Virus genome (UHGV): UHGV-0183130
Direction: 5' to 3' (one strand)
Source of the DNA: a virus
DNA: 40,647 bases
The position numbers and the translations under genes were made by a program. Shown here one piece after another: positions 1 through 8,378 of the stretch. The first letter of the stretch is position 1; every line of letters starts with the position of its first letter. The notes beneath the pieces are model-generated. The model was not told where the DNA came from and ran no database searches. It worked only from the letters and a program-made list of their open reading frames with translations.

Positions 1-3000
1 AAATGCAAACTGGCCACTGTCAGCGTAAAATTTGCCATGTAATTCAGCGTTTCCATTTTTATCAATGCGCCAGCCTGTTGAACCCGCTACGAAGTTATTC
101 GACTGGATAAAATCACCAATTTTGGCATTGGTGATACTGCCATTCTGAATAAACGCATCGCTGATAAACACCTGACCATTAACAACAGCAAAGGGTGAAT
201 ATTGCGTATCACCGCTGCCACTCATCAGGACGAACTGATTGGCGTTAAATCCGACACGAGTGACTACCGGCTTACCCGCCTCCGCCAGCACCGCAATCGA
301 CATTCCGGCGTTATACATCACACCGTTAATCCGGACCCCAGTTTTGAGGGTGTAAATCGCAGAGGCTCCGGTAGCATCAACCACGGCAGTAAGCTTGTCC
401 TCCAGTGCGGCAGTTACATTATTGAACTGCGCCTTCACCTGCGTCGACATTTCAGCCATGGCCTTATCGACCTGCGCAATGGTCGTTTTAACCACCAGAA
501 TATCCGCGCGTACCTCGCCGTACTGCGCCCACTGATGTTCCACGGTTGCATGGTTGGCCAGCGCGTTCTGCCATGCGGCTTCGAGGTTGGTATCAATGTC
601 GCCTGTCAGGCGGTCACCGTCTGCAGACGTCAGGAAGTCATCAGCAATATCGCCCAGGTAGTCGTCAGCATTCGCGTTGGATACACCACGAACCCAGTCG
701 GTCCAGCCTGATTCATTACCCGTTCTGTCAACCAGCTGCGCGCGGTACCAGAACTCCTGTCCCGCCTTCAGTCCCAGTTGGGTGTATTCGGCTGACGGAT
801 AAGGCACATCCGACAGCAATAGAGGATTAGAGAAATCACTGTTCGCGGTGTACTGAATTTCCGTTTTCAGCGTATCCCCGGTGTTAGCCGGGAATCCCCA
901 GTTCAGGCGAATCCCCCAGTTGATCGGCGTTGTCGCAAAGCCGACAGGTTTCGGTGGATTTCCCACCTTGCCCGTCAGCGTTTTCTCTTCGGAGTAGCCC
1001 CAGCCAGAGGAAATTTCAGCGGCATTAATGGCACGCACACGCACGAGGTAGCGCCCGGCATAAATACCCGATACATCAAATGAGGTGGTGGAGCTGCGCG
1101 GCACGTTTACCCAGTTACCATCATTGCGGCGCCACTGTGCCTCGTAGGCGATAGCATTCTGCGCCTGGTCCCAGCTCACACGCATGGTTTCGACGCTGAT
1201 ATTCTGCTGCACCACTGAAAACGAGCTGATCACAATGTTAGCCGGCGGCGACTGGTTACCAGGCGGGATTACACTCACGGGCCGCTGGTCAATGATGGCT
1301 CCGGTATCGATACGGGCATATTTATCCGGGTCATGCCATGCGCCGGTAATAGAGAAAGTGCCATCATCATTATCGGAGACGCTGACAACTCGATACTGCT
1401 GGGCGTAGAGTTCATCTGACTCAACCACCCATACAGCTTCGGCCTGTGGTGTCTCACTGTATGCCGTGGTGACTGTGACTGATTCCCCATTAATCGCCTG
1501 AATAGTCCTGCTCTGTGACGCACCGGAGGGAAGATTGATAATAAGGCGATCGCCTGCTGCTGCATCAACTACGCGGTCAAGTTTTATCACGCGACCGTTA
1601 ACAGCACTGATGCGGCCACCCATAACTTTGCCGGACAGAAGCTCGTCTGACACGGCGATGATGTATCCCGGCTGCGGAATGTTTCCGTCCAGGCCAACAT
1701 CAAACGAAACAACACGATCCTTATTGTTGGTGAGAATACCCCAGCGCCCCTTTCGGTTCGCTTCTGATTGACGGGTACAACCGATGGCTGTCATTTCCAG
1801 CTGATTAAATCCGTACCGGGCCACCAGAGGCTGCTCAAATACTGGCTCCATCGCATCCGCATAAGCGTTACCCGGATCAGACCAGGAAACCAGCGCGGTG
1901 GTATACCGCGTTTTTGTCGTGCTGCTGGAATAGGTAAAGCGTCCGTCGATAACGTTAGCGCGGGTGTAAGCGTAATCCACATCTCTCGGCATATCGGCAA
2001 GCGCAACAATCTGATCACCGCCCCAGTACGTCATACCCCGGAATATAGCCGCAAAGTCACGCAGCACAGTGTAAGCGTCATTCCTGTCCTGAACATAGAC
2101 GTTACAGGTATAGCGTGGCTCTGTCCCGCTTCCACCCTTTCCATCCGGTACCGGCTGATCGCAATACTGCGATACCTGGTACAACGTCCATTTATCGATG
2201 TTGGCTGCACTCAGGCGATTACCCAGACCAAAGCGATCGGTAATAACCAGATCGTAAAATATCCACGCCGGGTTATCGGTCCAGGCCCACTTAAACGCGC
2301 CCTGCCATGTACCACTATAAGTCCGCGTATCGGGGTCATAGTTATCAGGCACTCGGATCACCCGGCCACGTGGTTCACAGGATATCTGTGGAATCGAACC
2401 ATTGAACTGACTTGAGTCGAATTCGATGTACAGCAGCGCGGTGTTCGGATAGCGCAACTTGGCATCAATCACCTCCGTGAAGCTTTGCAGCGTCATCGTG
2501 TCGCCGATCTTGGCGCTGTTTGCGTCAGCGTTAATCTTACGCAGTCGGATTGTCCAGGTGCTGCCAGCCTGCGGTAAATCAATACGGTGGCTGCGCTCAT
2601 AACCAGACGTCGTTTTGCCGGTTACGCTGGTATTAAGAACGGTTTGCCAGGTCCCACCATCAGTTTGCAGGTCTATTGCATAATTGATGGAATACCCTAC
2701 CAGATCGCCGTTGTCCTCCTGCTTAAACAGAGAAGGCCATTTCAGTCGCAGGCGAACGGCTGATAGTTGGGTGTTGGTGAAAGTACGCGTCCAGGCTGTT
2801 GCGCTTGATACTTCAGTTCCAACGTTGATTTCGTTTTCGGTACCGGGAATGCCCTGAATGTAATTTTGTGCCTGAGTTCCCGCGCGAAATTCCCACGTCA
2901 CGCCGCTAAAGTTTTTGGTGCCATCGGAGTTTTCCAACGCCGTGCCGTCCAGGTAGATATTTTTTCCGGTTAATTGCCCTGCAAATTCCCCTTCCCCAAG

Positions 3001-3114
3001 CGCAACGAGGATTTTGGCCTTCGCTACAGATTGCAGATCATCAGGCTGTTCGGTAGGGGTTCGTGAACTGGAACTGCCGCCCTTGCGGCCTTTAATCGGG
3101 ATTGCTGTAGCCAT
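1..3114 (-). CDS. J: Tail tip / host specificity protein J (central tail fibre), partial: C-terminal part lies beyond window start
   Basis: Hand translation of minus strand from ATG at 3114 gives an open frame to position 1 (about 1038 codons, no stop), beginning MATAIPIKGRKGGSSSSRTPTEQ and containing blocks resembling lambda gpJ (e.g. YPNTALLYIEFDSSQFNG, TCNVYVQDR). Not in ORF track because it has no in-window stop. Follows I as in lambda. Confidence 0.85.
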   Translation of the reverse strand, partial: MATAIPIKGRKGGSSSSRTPTEQPDDLQSVAKAKILVALGEGEFAGQLTGKNIYLDGTALENSDGTKNFSGVTWEFRAGTQAQNYIQGIPGTENEINVGTEVSSATAWTRTFTNTQLSAVRLRLKWPSLFKQEDNGDLVGYSINYAIDLQTDGGTWQTVLNTSVTGKTTSGYERSHRIDLPQAGSTWTIRLRKINADANSAKIGDTMTLQSFTEVIDAKLRYPNTALLYIEFDSSQFNGSIPQISCEPRGRVIRVPDNYDPDTRTYSGTWQGAFKWAWTDNPAWIFYDLVITDRFGLGNRLSAANIDKWTLYQVSQYCDQPVPDGKGGSGTEPRYTCNVYVQDRNDAYTVLRDFAAIFRGMTYWGGDQIVALADMPRDVDYAYTRANVIDGRFTYSSSTTKTRYTTALVSWSDPGNAYADAMEPVFEQPLVARYGFNQLEMTAIGCTRQSEANRKGRWGILTNNKDRVVSFDVGLDGNIPQPGYIIAVSDELLSGKVMGGRISAVNGRVIKLDRVVDAAAGDRLIINLPSGASQSRTIQAINGESVTVTTAYSETPQAEAVWVVESDELYAQQYRVVSVSDNDDGTFSITGAWHDPDKYARIDTGAIIDQRPVSVIPPGNQSPPANIVISSFSVVQQNISVETMRVSWDQAQNAIAYEAQWRRNDGNWVNVPRSSTTSFDVSGIYAGRYLVRVRAINAAEISSGWGYSEEKTLTGKVGNPPKPVGFATTPINWGIRLNWGFPANTGDTLKTEIQYTANSDFSNPLLLSDVPYPSAEYTQLGLKAGQEFWYRAQLVDRTGNESGWTDWVRGVSNANADDYLGDIADDFLTSADGDRLTGDIDTNLEAAWQNALANHATVEHQWAQYGEVRADILVVKTTIAQVDKAMAEMSTQVKAQFNNVTAALEDKLTAVVDATGASAIYTLKTGVRINGVMYNAGMSIAVLAEAGKPVVTRVGFNANQFVLMSGSGDTQYSPFAVVNGQVFISDAFIQNGSITNAKIGDFIQSNNFVAGSTGWRIDKNGNAELHGKFYADSGQFAF

Positions 3115-3168
3115 ATTGCGCCCATAAAAAAAGCCACCATAAGGTAGCCTGAAAGGAAGATTATTTTG

Positions 3169-3759
3169 TTATTGCTGGTCTTCGACGTATATACCAGCAG
3201 AGATGATCGCCCCGCCAATACGCCTGCGTCCGTATAGAAGCGGAACTGGATTACCCTGAGCAGCAGTGTTAGTTACACCACCGAATGCATACGAAGCCCG
3301 ATTTTCGGCATCCTGTTTGCTGGCAAGTCCTGCTGGCTGTGGCGAAAGCATTTGGATTACGCCTCCAGCCATTAATGCAACACCGGGTGCGACCAATGCC
3401 ATACTTGCACCGCCAGTAAAACCTGACAAAGCGTAGCCAGCTACAACAAGGACGGCACCTAATATGGTTTGTAACAGGCCAGCTTTTTTACTACCAATAA
3501 CTACTGGCACGATCCGGATCACTTCACCTGTCGCCGGAAAGCCTAAATCATCTTCCCCAATATTTTTCTTTCCTCGAAAAACTGCATATGTCAGACCGCG
3601 CTGTTTACTTGAATTCATGAAGGCCTCAAACCCTTTCACTGTTGCAGCTAGCGCTCGACAGGCTTCTCGGGTTGAGCTAATTAAACGATGATGCGTCTTA
3701 CCAAAGGTTTTGCCAAGAATCCCGCTCAGTTCAATTTGGGTCATAACTTCTTGCTGCAT
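3169..3759 (-). CDS. I: Tail assembly protein I
   Basis: C-terminal region (LLQTILGAVLVVAGYALSGFTGG...NPVPLLYGRRRIGGAIISAGIYVEDQQ) matches lambda gpI pattern. Start moved to ATG at 3759 (MQQEVMTQ) preceded by GGAGAAGAG SD. Confidence 0.8.
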   Translation of the reverse strand: MQQEVMTQIELSGILGKTFGKTHHRLISSTREACRALAATVKGFEAFMNSSKQRGLTYAVFRGKKNIGEDDLGFPATGEVIRIVPVVIGSKKAGLLQTILGAVLVVAGYALSGFTGGASMALVAPGVALMAGGVIQMLSPQPAGLASKQDAENRASYAFGGVTNTAAQGNPVPLLYGRRRIGGAIISAGIYVEDQQ

Positions 3760-3770
3760 ACTCTTCTCCA

Positions 3771-3796
3771 ATAAAAAAGCCACCCGGAGGTGGCCA
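3771..3796 (-). terminator. Rho-independent terminator after the lipoprotein gene
   Basis: On minus strand: GCCACC-UCCG-GGUGGC hairpin followed by UUUUUUAU; sits between lipoprotein stop (3815) and I start. Confidence 0.55.
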
Positions 3797-3814
3797 TTTA
3801 TAAAATGACTCGAA

Positions 3815-4240
3815 CTATATGGTTGATGCTCTGATATCAAGTCCGGAATTAGTATCTCCGGTGATGCGGAATTTTTGATGTTCACGAGCATTGATCTGCG
3901 TGGCAGTCTCTTTGAGTGGTTGTCCGACCTGCATTCCACATAATCCTTTACCTTTTGAATCGCCAGATATTCCTAGAATATGTCGGCCGGATGTAACATT
4001 GATATCGATCGTTTCTCCCGTATCAATTCTTGCATAGGATTTTCCATCAATAGTTACTTCTACAAAGCATCCACCACCAGCAAACCATCCTTGATCTCGT
4101 GTAATTGTTATCACCGAGTCACCAGCCCCCTTCAGCAATACACGTTCAGATGGTACTTGTTTTGCAACGGTAGAATTCACCGCCGTGGTTGAACACCCAG
4201 CAACGCTAAGCGCAATTAGAAGCAGCAAAGTCTTTTTCAT
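3815..4240 (-). CDS. Predicted lipoprotein (accessory/moron gene)
   Basis: Start at ATG 4240 gives MKKTLLLLIALSVAGCSTTAV: signal peptide with lipobox VAGC; SD-like GGTGA upstream; own terminator downstream. Confidence 0.6.
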   Translation of the reverse strand: MKKTLLLLIALSVAGCSTTAVNSTVAKQVPSERVLLKGAGDSVITITRDQGWFAGGGCFVEVTIDGKSYARIDTGETIDINVTSGRHILGISGDSKGKGLCGMQVGQPLKETATQINAREHQKFRITGDTNSGLDIRASTI

Positions 4241-4350
4241 ATCCCTATCACCTTTGATTAATTTGCCAAAAGAGTAGCAGGGATCCGGTAACGACAAAAC
4301 CCGCAGTTAAGCGGGTTGGGATAGCAAAAACATTTTAACTGCTTTGAAAT

Positions 4351-5094
4351 TTATGCCACATCAGCACCATGAATCAGATGGCGCAACGCATCAATTCCGT
4401 TAGTGTTGTACCGGAACGCTTCAACCTGTTTACTTGAGTAGGCCGACTTGTCCAGAAAGAACTTGCCATGCGCTTCTGTCTTCAGCTTGTGTGTGTTAGC
4501 AACGCGTCCAATTTTCTGAGCAGAAACCCCCAGCATCTCCCCCACCTCACTCGCAGTGTGGTAATGCTCCTCGATAACAGGTAACGGGATGGCGTCATAA
4601 CCAATAAGCGGATTAATCAACGATGCCGTGAGCACCTGATGTGCCATCGGATCCAATCTAGGAAGCAGAGTAATGATTTCCCGCGCGCTCGCGATATTCT
4701 TCTCCAATGCCTGGGCTTTCAACTGTTCTGCCTTAGCCAATCGGTACTCAGTGATACCTGTGTTGCTTTTTGGCATCGCTGGTAATACCTGCATATCTTC
4801 CAGCTTATCAACCAGAGAACGTCGAACGGCTTTCGATTCACGAGCGGCTACTCGGAGGGCTTGCTTGATAGACATTGTAATTACTTCAATGTCTTGACCA
4901 TTTTTACGACCTACACTTTTTGTGTAGGTCTCCCCTTCAAGCTCATCAACAACCTTCTCAATGAACTTGTTATTTCGGACAGCCGGCTCACCGCATTGCT
5001 TTCGCGCAGCATTCACCATCTCCAGCAAGTACTGGCTATCAATGGTTTTCTCGGTGACATTAGCGCTATTTACTGCTAAATTTAATGAAGTCAT
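4351..5094 (-). CDS. Phage antirepressor-like protein (ANT/KilA-C type C-terminal domain)
   Basis: 247 aa ORF; C-terminal segment HYHTASEVGEMLGVSAQKIGRVANTHKLKTEAHGKF resembles the conserved C-terminal domain of phage antirepressors; adjacent to Arc/Mnt-like regulators. Confidence 0.5.
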   Translation of the reverse strand: MTSLNLAVNSANVTEKTIDSQYLLEMVNAARKQCGEPAVRNNKFIEKVVDELEGETYTKSVGRKNGQDIEVITMSIKQALRVAARESKAVRRSLVDKLEDMQVLPAMPKSNTGITEYRLAKAEQLKAQALEKNIASAREIITLLPRLDPMAHQVLTASLINPLIGYDAIPLPVIEEHYHTASEVGEMLGVSAQKIGRVANTHKLKTEAHGKFFLDKSAYSSKQVEAFRYNTNGIDALRHLIHGADVA

Positions 5095-5171
5095 TGGTTG
5101 GACCCTTATGACAGATTTATGGATAGCCGATAGCCCTAACTATCGGCTTTTCTATTTGCAGCATTGCAAAT

Positions 5172-5840
5172 TCAGTAGATTCTTGGCCTTTCTCCTTCCT
5201 GAAGCTGTAGTTCAGCATGAGTCTTAATCATGTACATAAACGCGGCCCCATCATTGAAACGATCGTGAAGACGGCCTGCGAGCGGAGACTCAATCGCCCT
5301 CAACGCTGGCTCTATCTGGTTAAACCATGCTTCACACATAATCTCGAAATAATCGAACATTGCGTTTGCATTGTGGGCGTGGACTTCTCGATCGCTGAGC
5401 ATCTTCGGTACTGGAAAGTTAATAGATACCTCACGGTCCAGAATGTCTAACACCCAGTGTCGGAATTCTTTAGCAACCGGAGTTCTGGCAAACATAGCGA
5501 CCATGTGTGCGCCACGTAGAGAAAAAACCCTAGTTTCCTGATGCCCACCAGGGGTGGTCAACTTGACCACCCTTGTCATTTTTTCTGTAAACTCATCAAT
5601 ATGACGAGCAAAAATTCGCTGAACAGCTTTATCGTCTGCATATTGAAGCGCGTAACCAATCTGATTAGCGGTCAGCCAGATGCCATCGATATCAGGAGCC
5701 GGCTGCAGAGAAATGCCATGGAAGTTCAGCTCTTCTTTCGTTACACTGTTCATGTCGATATTTCCTGCCAAGGATTTCTTCGATAAGAAACCCAGGGTGT
5801 TCGCGCACTCCTGGGTTTCACTGTTTTTATGCTTGTTCAC
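5172..5840 (-). CDS. Phage antirepressor-like protein (AntA/Bro-N-like N-terminal region)
   Basis: 222 aa ORF (track start is GTG at 5840 with GGGGGGAAG SD; alternative ATG at 5753). Segment ELNFHGISLQPAPDIDGIWLTANQIGYALQY resembles antirepressor N-domains. Directly downstream of the Arc-like gene, as ant follows arc in P22 immI. Confidence 0.5.
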   Translation of the reverse strand: MNKHKNSETQECANTLGFLSKKSLAGNIDMNSVTKEELNFHGISLQPAPDIDGIWLTANQIGYALQYADDKAVQRIFARHIDEFTEKMTRVVKLTTPGGHQETRVFSLRGAHMVAMFARTPVAKEFRHWVLDILDREVSINFPVPKMLSDREVHAHNANAMFDYFEIMCEAWFNQIEPALRAIESPLAGRLHDRFNDGAAFMYMIKTHAELQLQEGERPRIY

Positions 5841-5994
5841 TCTTCCCCCCTTCTAATCCGTACGCTTTCCTCAACTGATAGATGAGCTCAGTATTGAACT
5901 GACGGCACTCATCTTCCCCATTTCTCTCTATCGCCAACCGGACATCTTCAGGAAATCGAACCTTACGCTGGTACATATCTTTAGCTTTTTCCAT
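5827..5994 (-). CDS. Arc-like ribbon-helix-helix repressor
   Basis: Start at ATG 5994 (SD GGAGGGG) gives 55 aa MEKAKDMYQRKVRFPEDVRLAIERNGE..., size and pattern like P22 Arc. The longer track ORF would read through the operator palindromes. Confidence 0.6.
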   Translation of the reverse strand: MEKAKDMYQRKVRFPEDVRLAIERNGEDECRQFNTELIYQLRKAYGLEGGKSEQA

Positions 5995-6007
5995 AACCCC
6001 TCCAATT

Positions 6008-6075
6008 ATGCCCCACGGTGGGACACATAAAGTGTCACACCGTGCGTCATTGATGTCAACCCCACCGTGGGGCAT
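6008..6075. promoter_or_regulatory. Operator region between divergent Arc-like and Mnt-like genes
   Basis: Perfect 15-bp inverted repeat ATGCCCCACGGTGGG (6008-6022) / CCCACCGTGGGGCAT (6061-6075), each holding an 11-bp palindrome (CCCACGGTGGG, CCCACCGTGGG), flanking a central near-palindrome GACACATAAAGTGTC. Confidence 0.5.
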
Positions 6076-6113
6076 AATTTACATAATGTGAACTTTTTGA
6101 GTGAGGCAACCAA

Positions 6114-6557
6114 ATGAGCAGAGAAGATCCTCAACTAAGAATAAGATTACCAATTGAATTAAAAGAAAAAATTGAAGATGCAGCAAAATCCAATAACCGC
6201 TCTATGAATGCTGAAATAGTTCAACGTCTCGACAACAGCTTCCTTAGCGAATTACGTGAAGATGAAGTAATTTCTGCTCAAGATGCAATTCAACTTGTTG
6301 AAAAAGCGAGGGATGAACTCTCTGAAATAATATTCAAAAGGACTTTTTCAGAGATCAACAAAAAGGTACGGATTGGTCATTCCACATTCCATATTCATCT
6401 CAGCGATCTTGAGTTGGACGGACTTAGTGACGATGATTTCAACACTGTTTTCAAAAAAACTTTTAGTCGCCTAAAAGAGTTAGGTTACGAAGTCTGGGAA
6501 AAGACTTGGGATGCGGATGGTTTTGGGGTGGAAATTCCAGGGGAACAGTCCACCTAA
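6114..6557 (+). CDS. Mnt-like ribbon-helix-helix repressor with C-terminal extension
   Basis: N-terminus MSREDPQLRIRLPIELKEKIEDAAKSNNRSMNAEIVQRLDNSF parallels P22 Mnt; 147 aa, AT-rich; divergent from the Arc-like gene. Confidence 0.6.
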   Translation: MSREDPQLRIRLPIELKEKIEDAAKSNNRSMNAEIVQRLDNSFLSELREDEVISAQDAIQLVEKARDELSEIIFKRTFSEINKKVRIGHSTFHIHLSDLELDGLSDDDFNTVFKKTFSRLKELGYEVWEKTWDADGFGVEIPGEQST

Positions 6558-6563
6558 ATGGGC

Positions 6564-7274
6564 TTAAGCTAGAGTCTTATAGCGAAGTACCTTCATTGTT
6601 CTTTCTTGCCAGTAGCCGCCGTATGGCACACGTTGGCTGAGGTGCCCATACAGGTGATGCAACAGCATGTTACCTTCCAGTAGAATTCCCGCGTGATTCC
6701 ACTTATTGGCCTGGACCTGCATGATAACCATATCACCTGGCTGCGGTACGCCACTGAATTCACGGAATCCGCATTCATACCAGCAATCGTGGTAGAAGTT
6801 TTCGGGATAACTGTCTTCCCACCAGGGATAATCCACGCGGTAATCCGTCAGCTCAATGCCATGCGTTTGCCGGAAATAGCTCATCACCAGCCCCCAGCAA
6901 TCGAAATGACCGAGCACAAATGGGCGCTCAAGTAGCGGCAACTCGCCCCGCGGCTGAATGGTACGCAGATCCCCCTCCGGCCAGCTGAGGATATGCCACG
7001 GAAGTAACGTAGCGTCACACTGTGCCTTATCCAGTTCGCTCGGCTGTGTCGTTGCGTCCGGGTGACTGTGGACAATGGCAATCACTGTTCCCCAGTCTTC
7101 GGCAGCGGCATAATCTTCCGGCGACAGGTGGAAATGCTCTGTCGGATCGGTTGCCAGATTACGGCAAGGAATGTACCGCTGCACCCTGCTTTTTTGCACC
7201 ACTACGCCGCAGCATTCGCGGGGATATTCAGAAGCGGCATGCGCCATAATGGCGTCGATAATTTTCTGACGCAT
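6564..7274 (-). CDS. K: Tail assembly protein K
   Basis: 236 aa; lambda position between L and I; strong resemblance to gpK including the HSHP motif region (AIVHSHPDATTQPSELD). Confidence 0.85.
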   Translation of the reverse strand: MRQKIIDAIMAHAASEYPRECCGVVVQKSRVQRYIPCRNLATDPTEHFHLSPEDYAAAEDWGTVIAIVHSHPDATTQPSELDKAQCDATLLPWHILSWPEGDLRTIQPRGELPLLERPFVLGHFDCWGLVMSYFRQTHGIELTDYRVDYPWWEDSYPENFYHDCWYECGFREFSGVPQPGDMVIMQVQANKWNHAGILLEGNMLLHHLYGHLSQRVPYGGYWQERTMKVLRYKTLA

Positions 7275-7275
7275 A

Positions 7276-8031
7276 TCAACTCCTGATCAGGGATGTGCCA
7301 GGGAAACCACCGAACGGCAACTCGTTCCCCTCGCCATGCCTCAATTTGCACGCGGTGAGCGTGCCGTTACATTCATCGCGCGAAGGATCGGTAACAGGAT
7401 TATTAAGTTTGTCGAAATAGCGAGTTCCGGCGTAGTCACAACCATCACCGGAGCGGTATTTGTTACGGATGCACCAGGTACAAAGCGAATGTAACTGGCG
7501 CGTCGGGATCATCAGCCCCTGCAGGTCCATCGGACTGGACAACGTAAACGCCACCACCTCGTTGGTTTCAGTGCTCTTGGCGTCTATGTAAAACACCTTC
7601 AGCTTTTCCTGCTGAGGATCCCCAGACGGGTTGCCCTCCGGATAGTTTTTCGCATCCAGATACTGCGCCAGTGTGTCATGAATGGTGACCTTTGCCTGCA
7701 GCAGGTCATCATAAGCAAGACACAGCGCCGTAATGGAACTATCCAGGTTAGCGACCGAGAGCGTTGGCTGCGCACTGGTCCCGTCGGTCGCAGTCTCAAT
7801 TCCCTCTATCTGGCAGGGCCAGGCTTTATATTCCTGCCCCTGCCACCAGATCGATTTCGCCGGTAGCTTATTTTCATCTCCACCAGCAGCGGCAATTTCA
7901 TCGGGAGTGTGGGCAATATTGTGGGCGTGGAAGCGGAGAACGTCGGAAACACCAAATGCGGTGCCATCGACATCAAAAAGCCGGACAACATTGCCCGGCT
8001 CAAGTTTCTGATAATCACTGTTTAAGCTCAT
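7276..8031 (-). CDS. L: Minor tail protein L
   Basis: 251 aa; C-terminal cysteine cluster (CTWCIRNKYRSGDGCDYAG...CNGTLTACKLRHG) like lambda gpL; position between M and K. Confidence 0.85.
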   Translation of the reverse strand: MSLNSDYQKLEPGNVVRLFDVDGTAFGVSDVLRFHAHNIAHTPDEIAAAGGDENKLPAKSIWWQGQEYKAWPCQIEGIETATDGTSAQPTLSVANLDSSITALCLAYDDLLQAKVTIHDTLAQYLDAKNYPEGNPSGDPQQEKLKVFYIDAKSTETNEVVAFTLSSPMDLQGLMIPTRQLHSLCTWCIRNKYRSGDGCDYAGTRYFDKLNNPVTDPSRDECNGTLTACKLRHGEGNELPFGGFPGTSLIRS

Positions 8032-8375
8032 GGTGCAAACGCCTGTTCAAAGGTGGCTGATACGGTTTCCACTGTTTTACTTTTGGTGACGCGCTGCAGG
8101 CTTTCTGCCTCAACGCGCCACAGCGCAAGATCACCGCCTGGCGGGGTAAACGAAAATGATTTCGTCTTATGGCGCCGCAGGAAAGCATAAATATCCCGGA
8201 CGGTTTGCGGTTCGCCGGTAAATGAAAACTCATAACTTAGCGTTTCATCATTCAGCCCGGCACCTGAAACCTGCTTATAGCCATCACCAAACTGCGCCGT
8301 ACGGACGGTATCCTTACTTTTCAGGGTCGGCTGGCTGGATGCTTTAATCCGCCACGCAAAATGCTCGATCGCCAT
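8028..8375 (-). CDS. M: Minor tail protein M
   Basis: 115 aa, lambda gpM size and position immediately after the tape measure gene. Confidence 0.8.
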   Translation of the reverse strand: MAIEHFAWRIKASSQPTLKSKDTVRTAQFGDGYKQVSGAGLNDETLSYEFSFTGEPQTVRDIYAFLRRHKTKSFSFTPPGGDLALWRVEAESLQRVTKSKTVETVSATFEQAFAP

Positions 8376-8378
8376 TGC

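Noticed and set aside
202-2415. Plus-strand ORFs (202-711, 546-830, 1184-1408, 1535-1771, 1768-2415) and minus ORFs 1275-1568, 1791-2018
   Set aside because: All lie inside, antisense to or out of frame with the long J reading frame; no SD context or recognisable motifs. Treated as frame artifacts.
3024-3218. 64-aa minus ORF spanning the I-J junction
   Set aside because: Out of frame with both I and J and overlapping both; no independent support.
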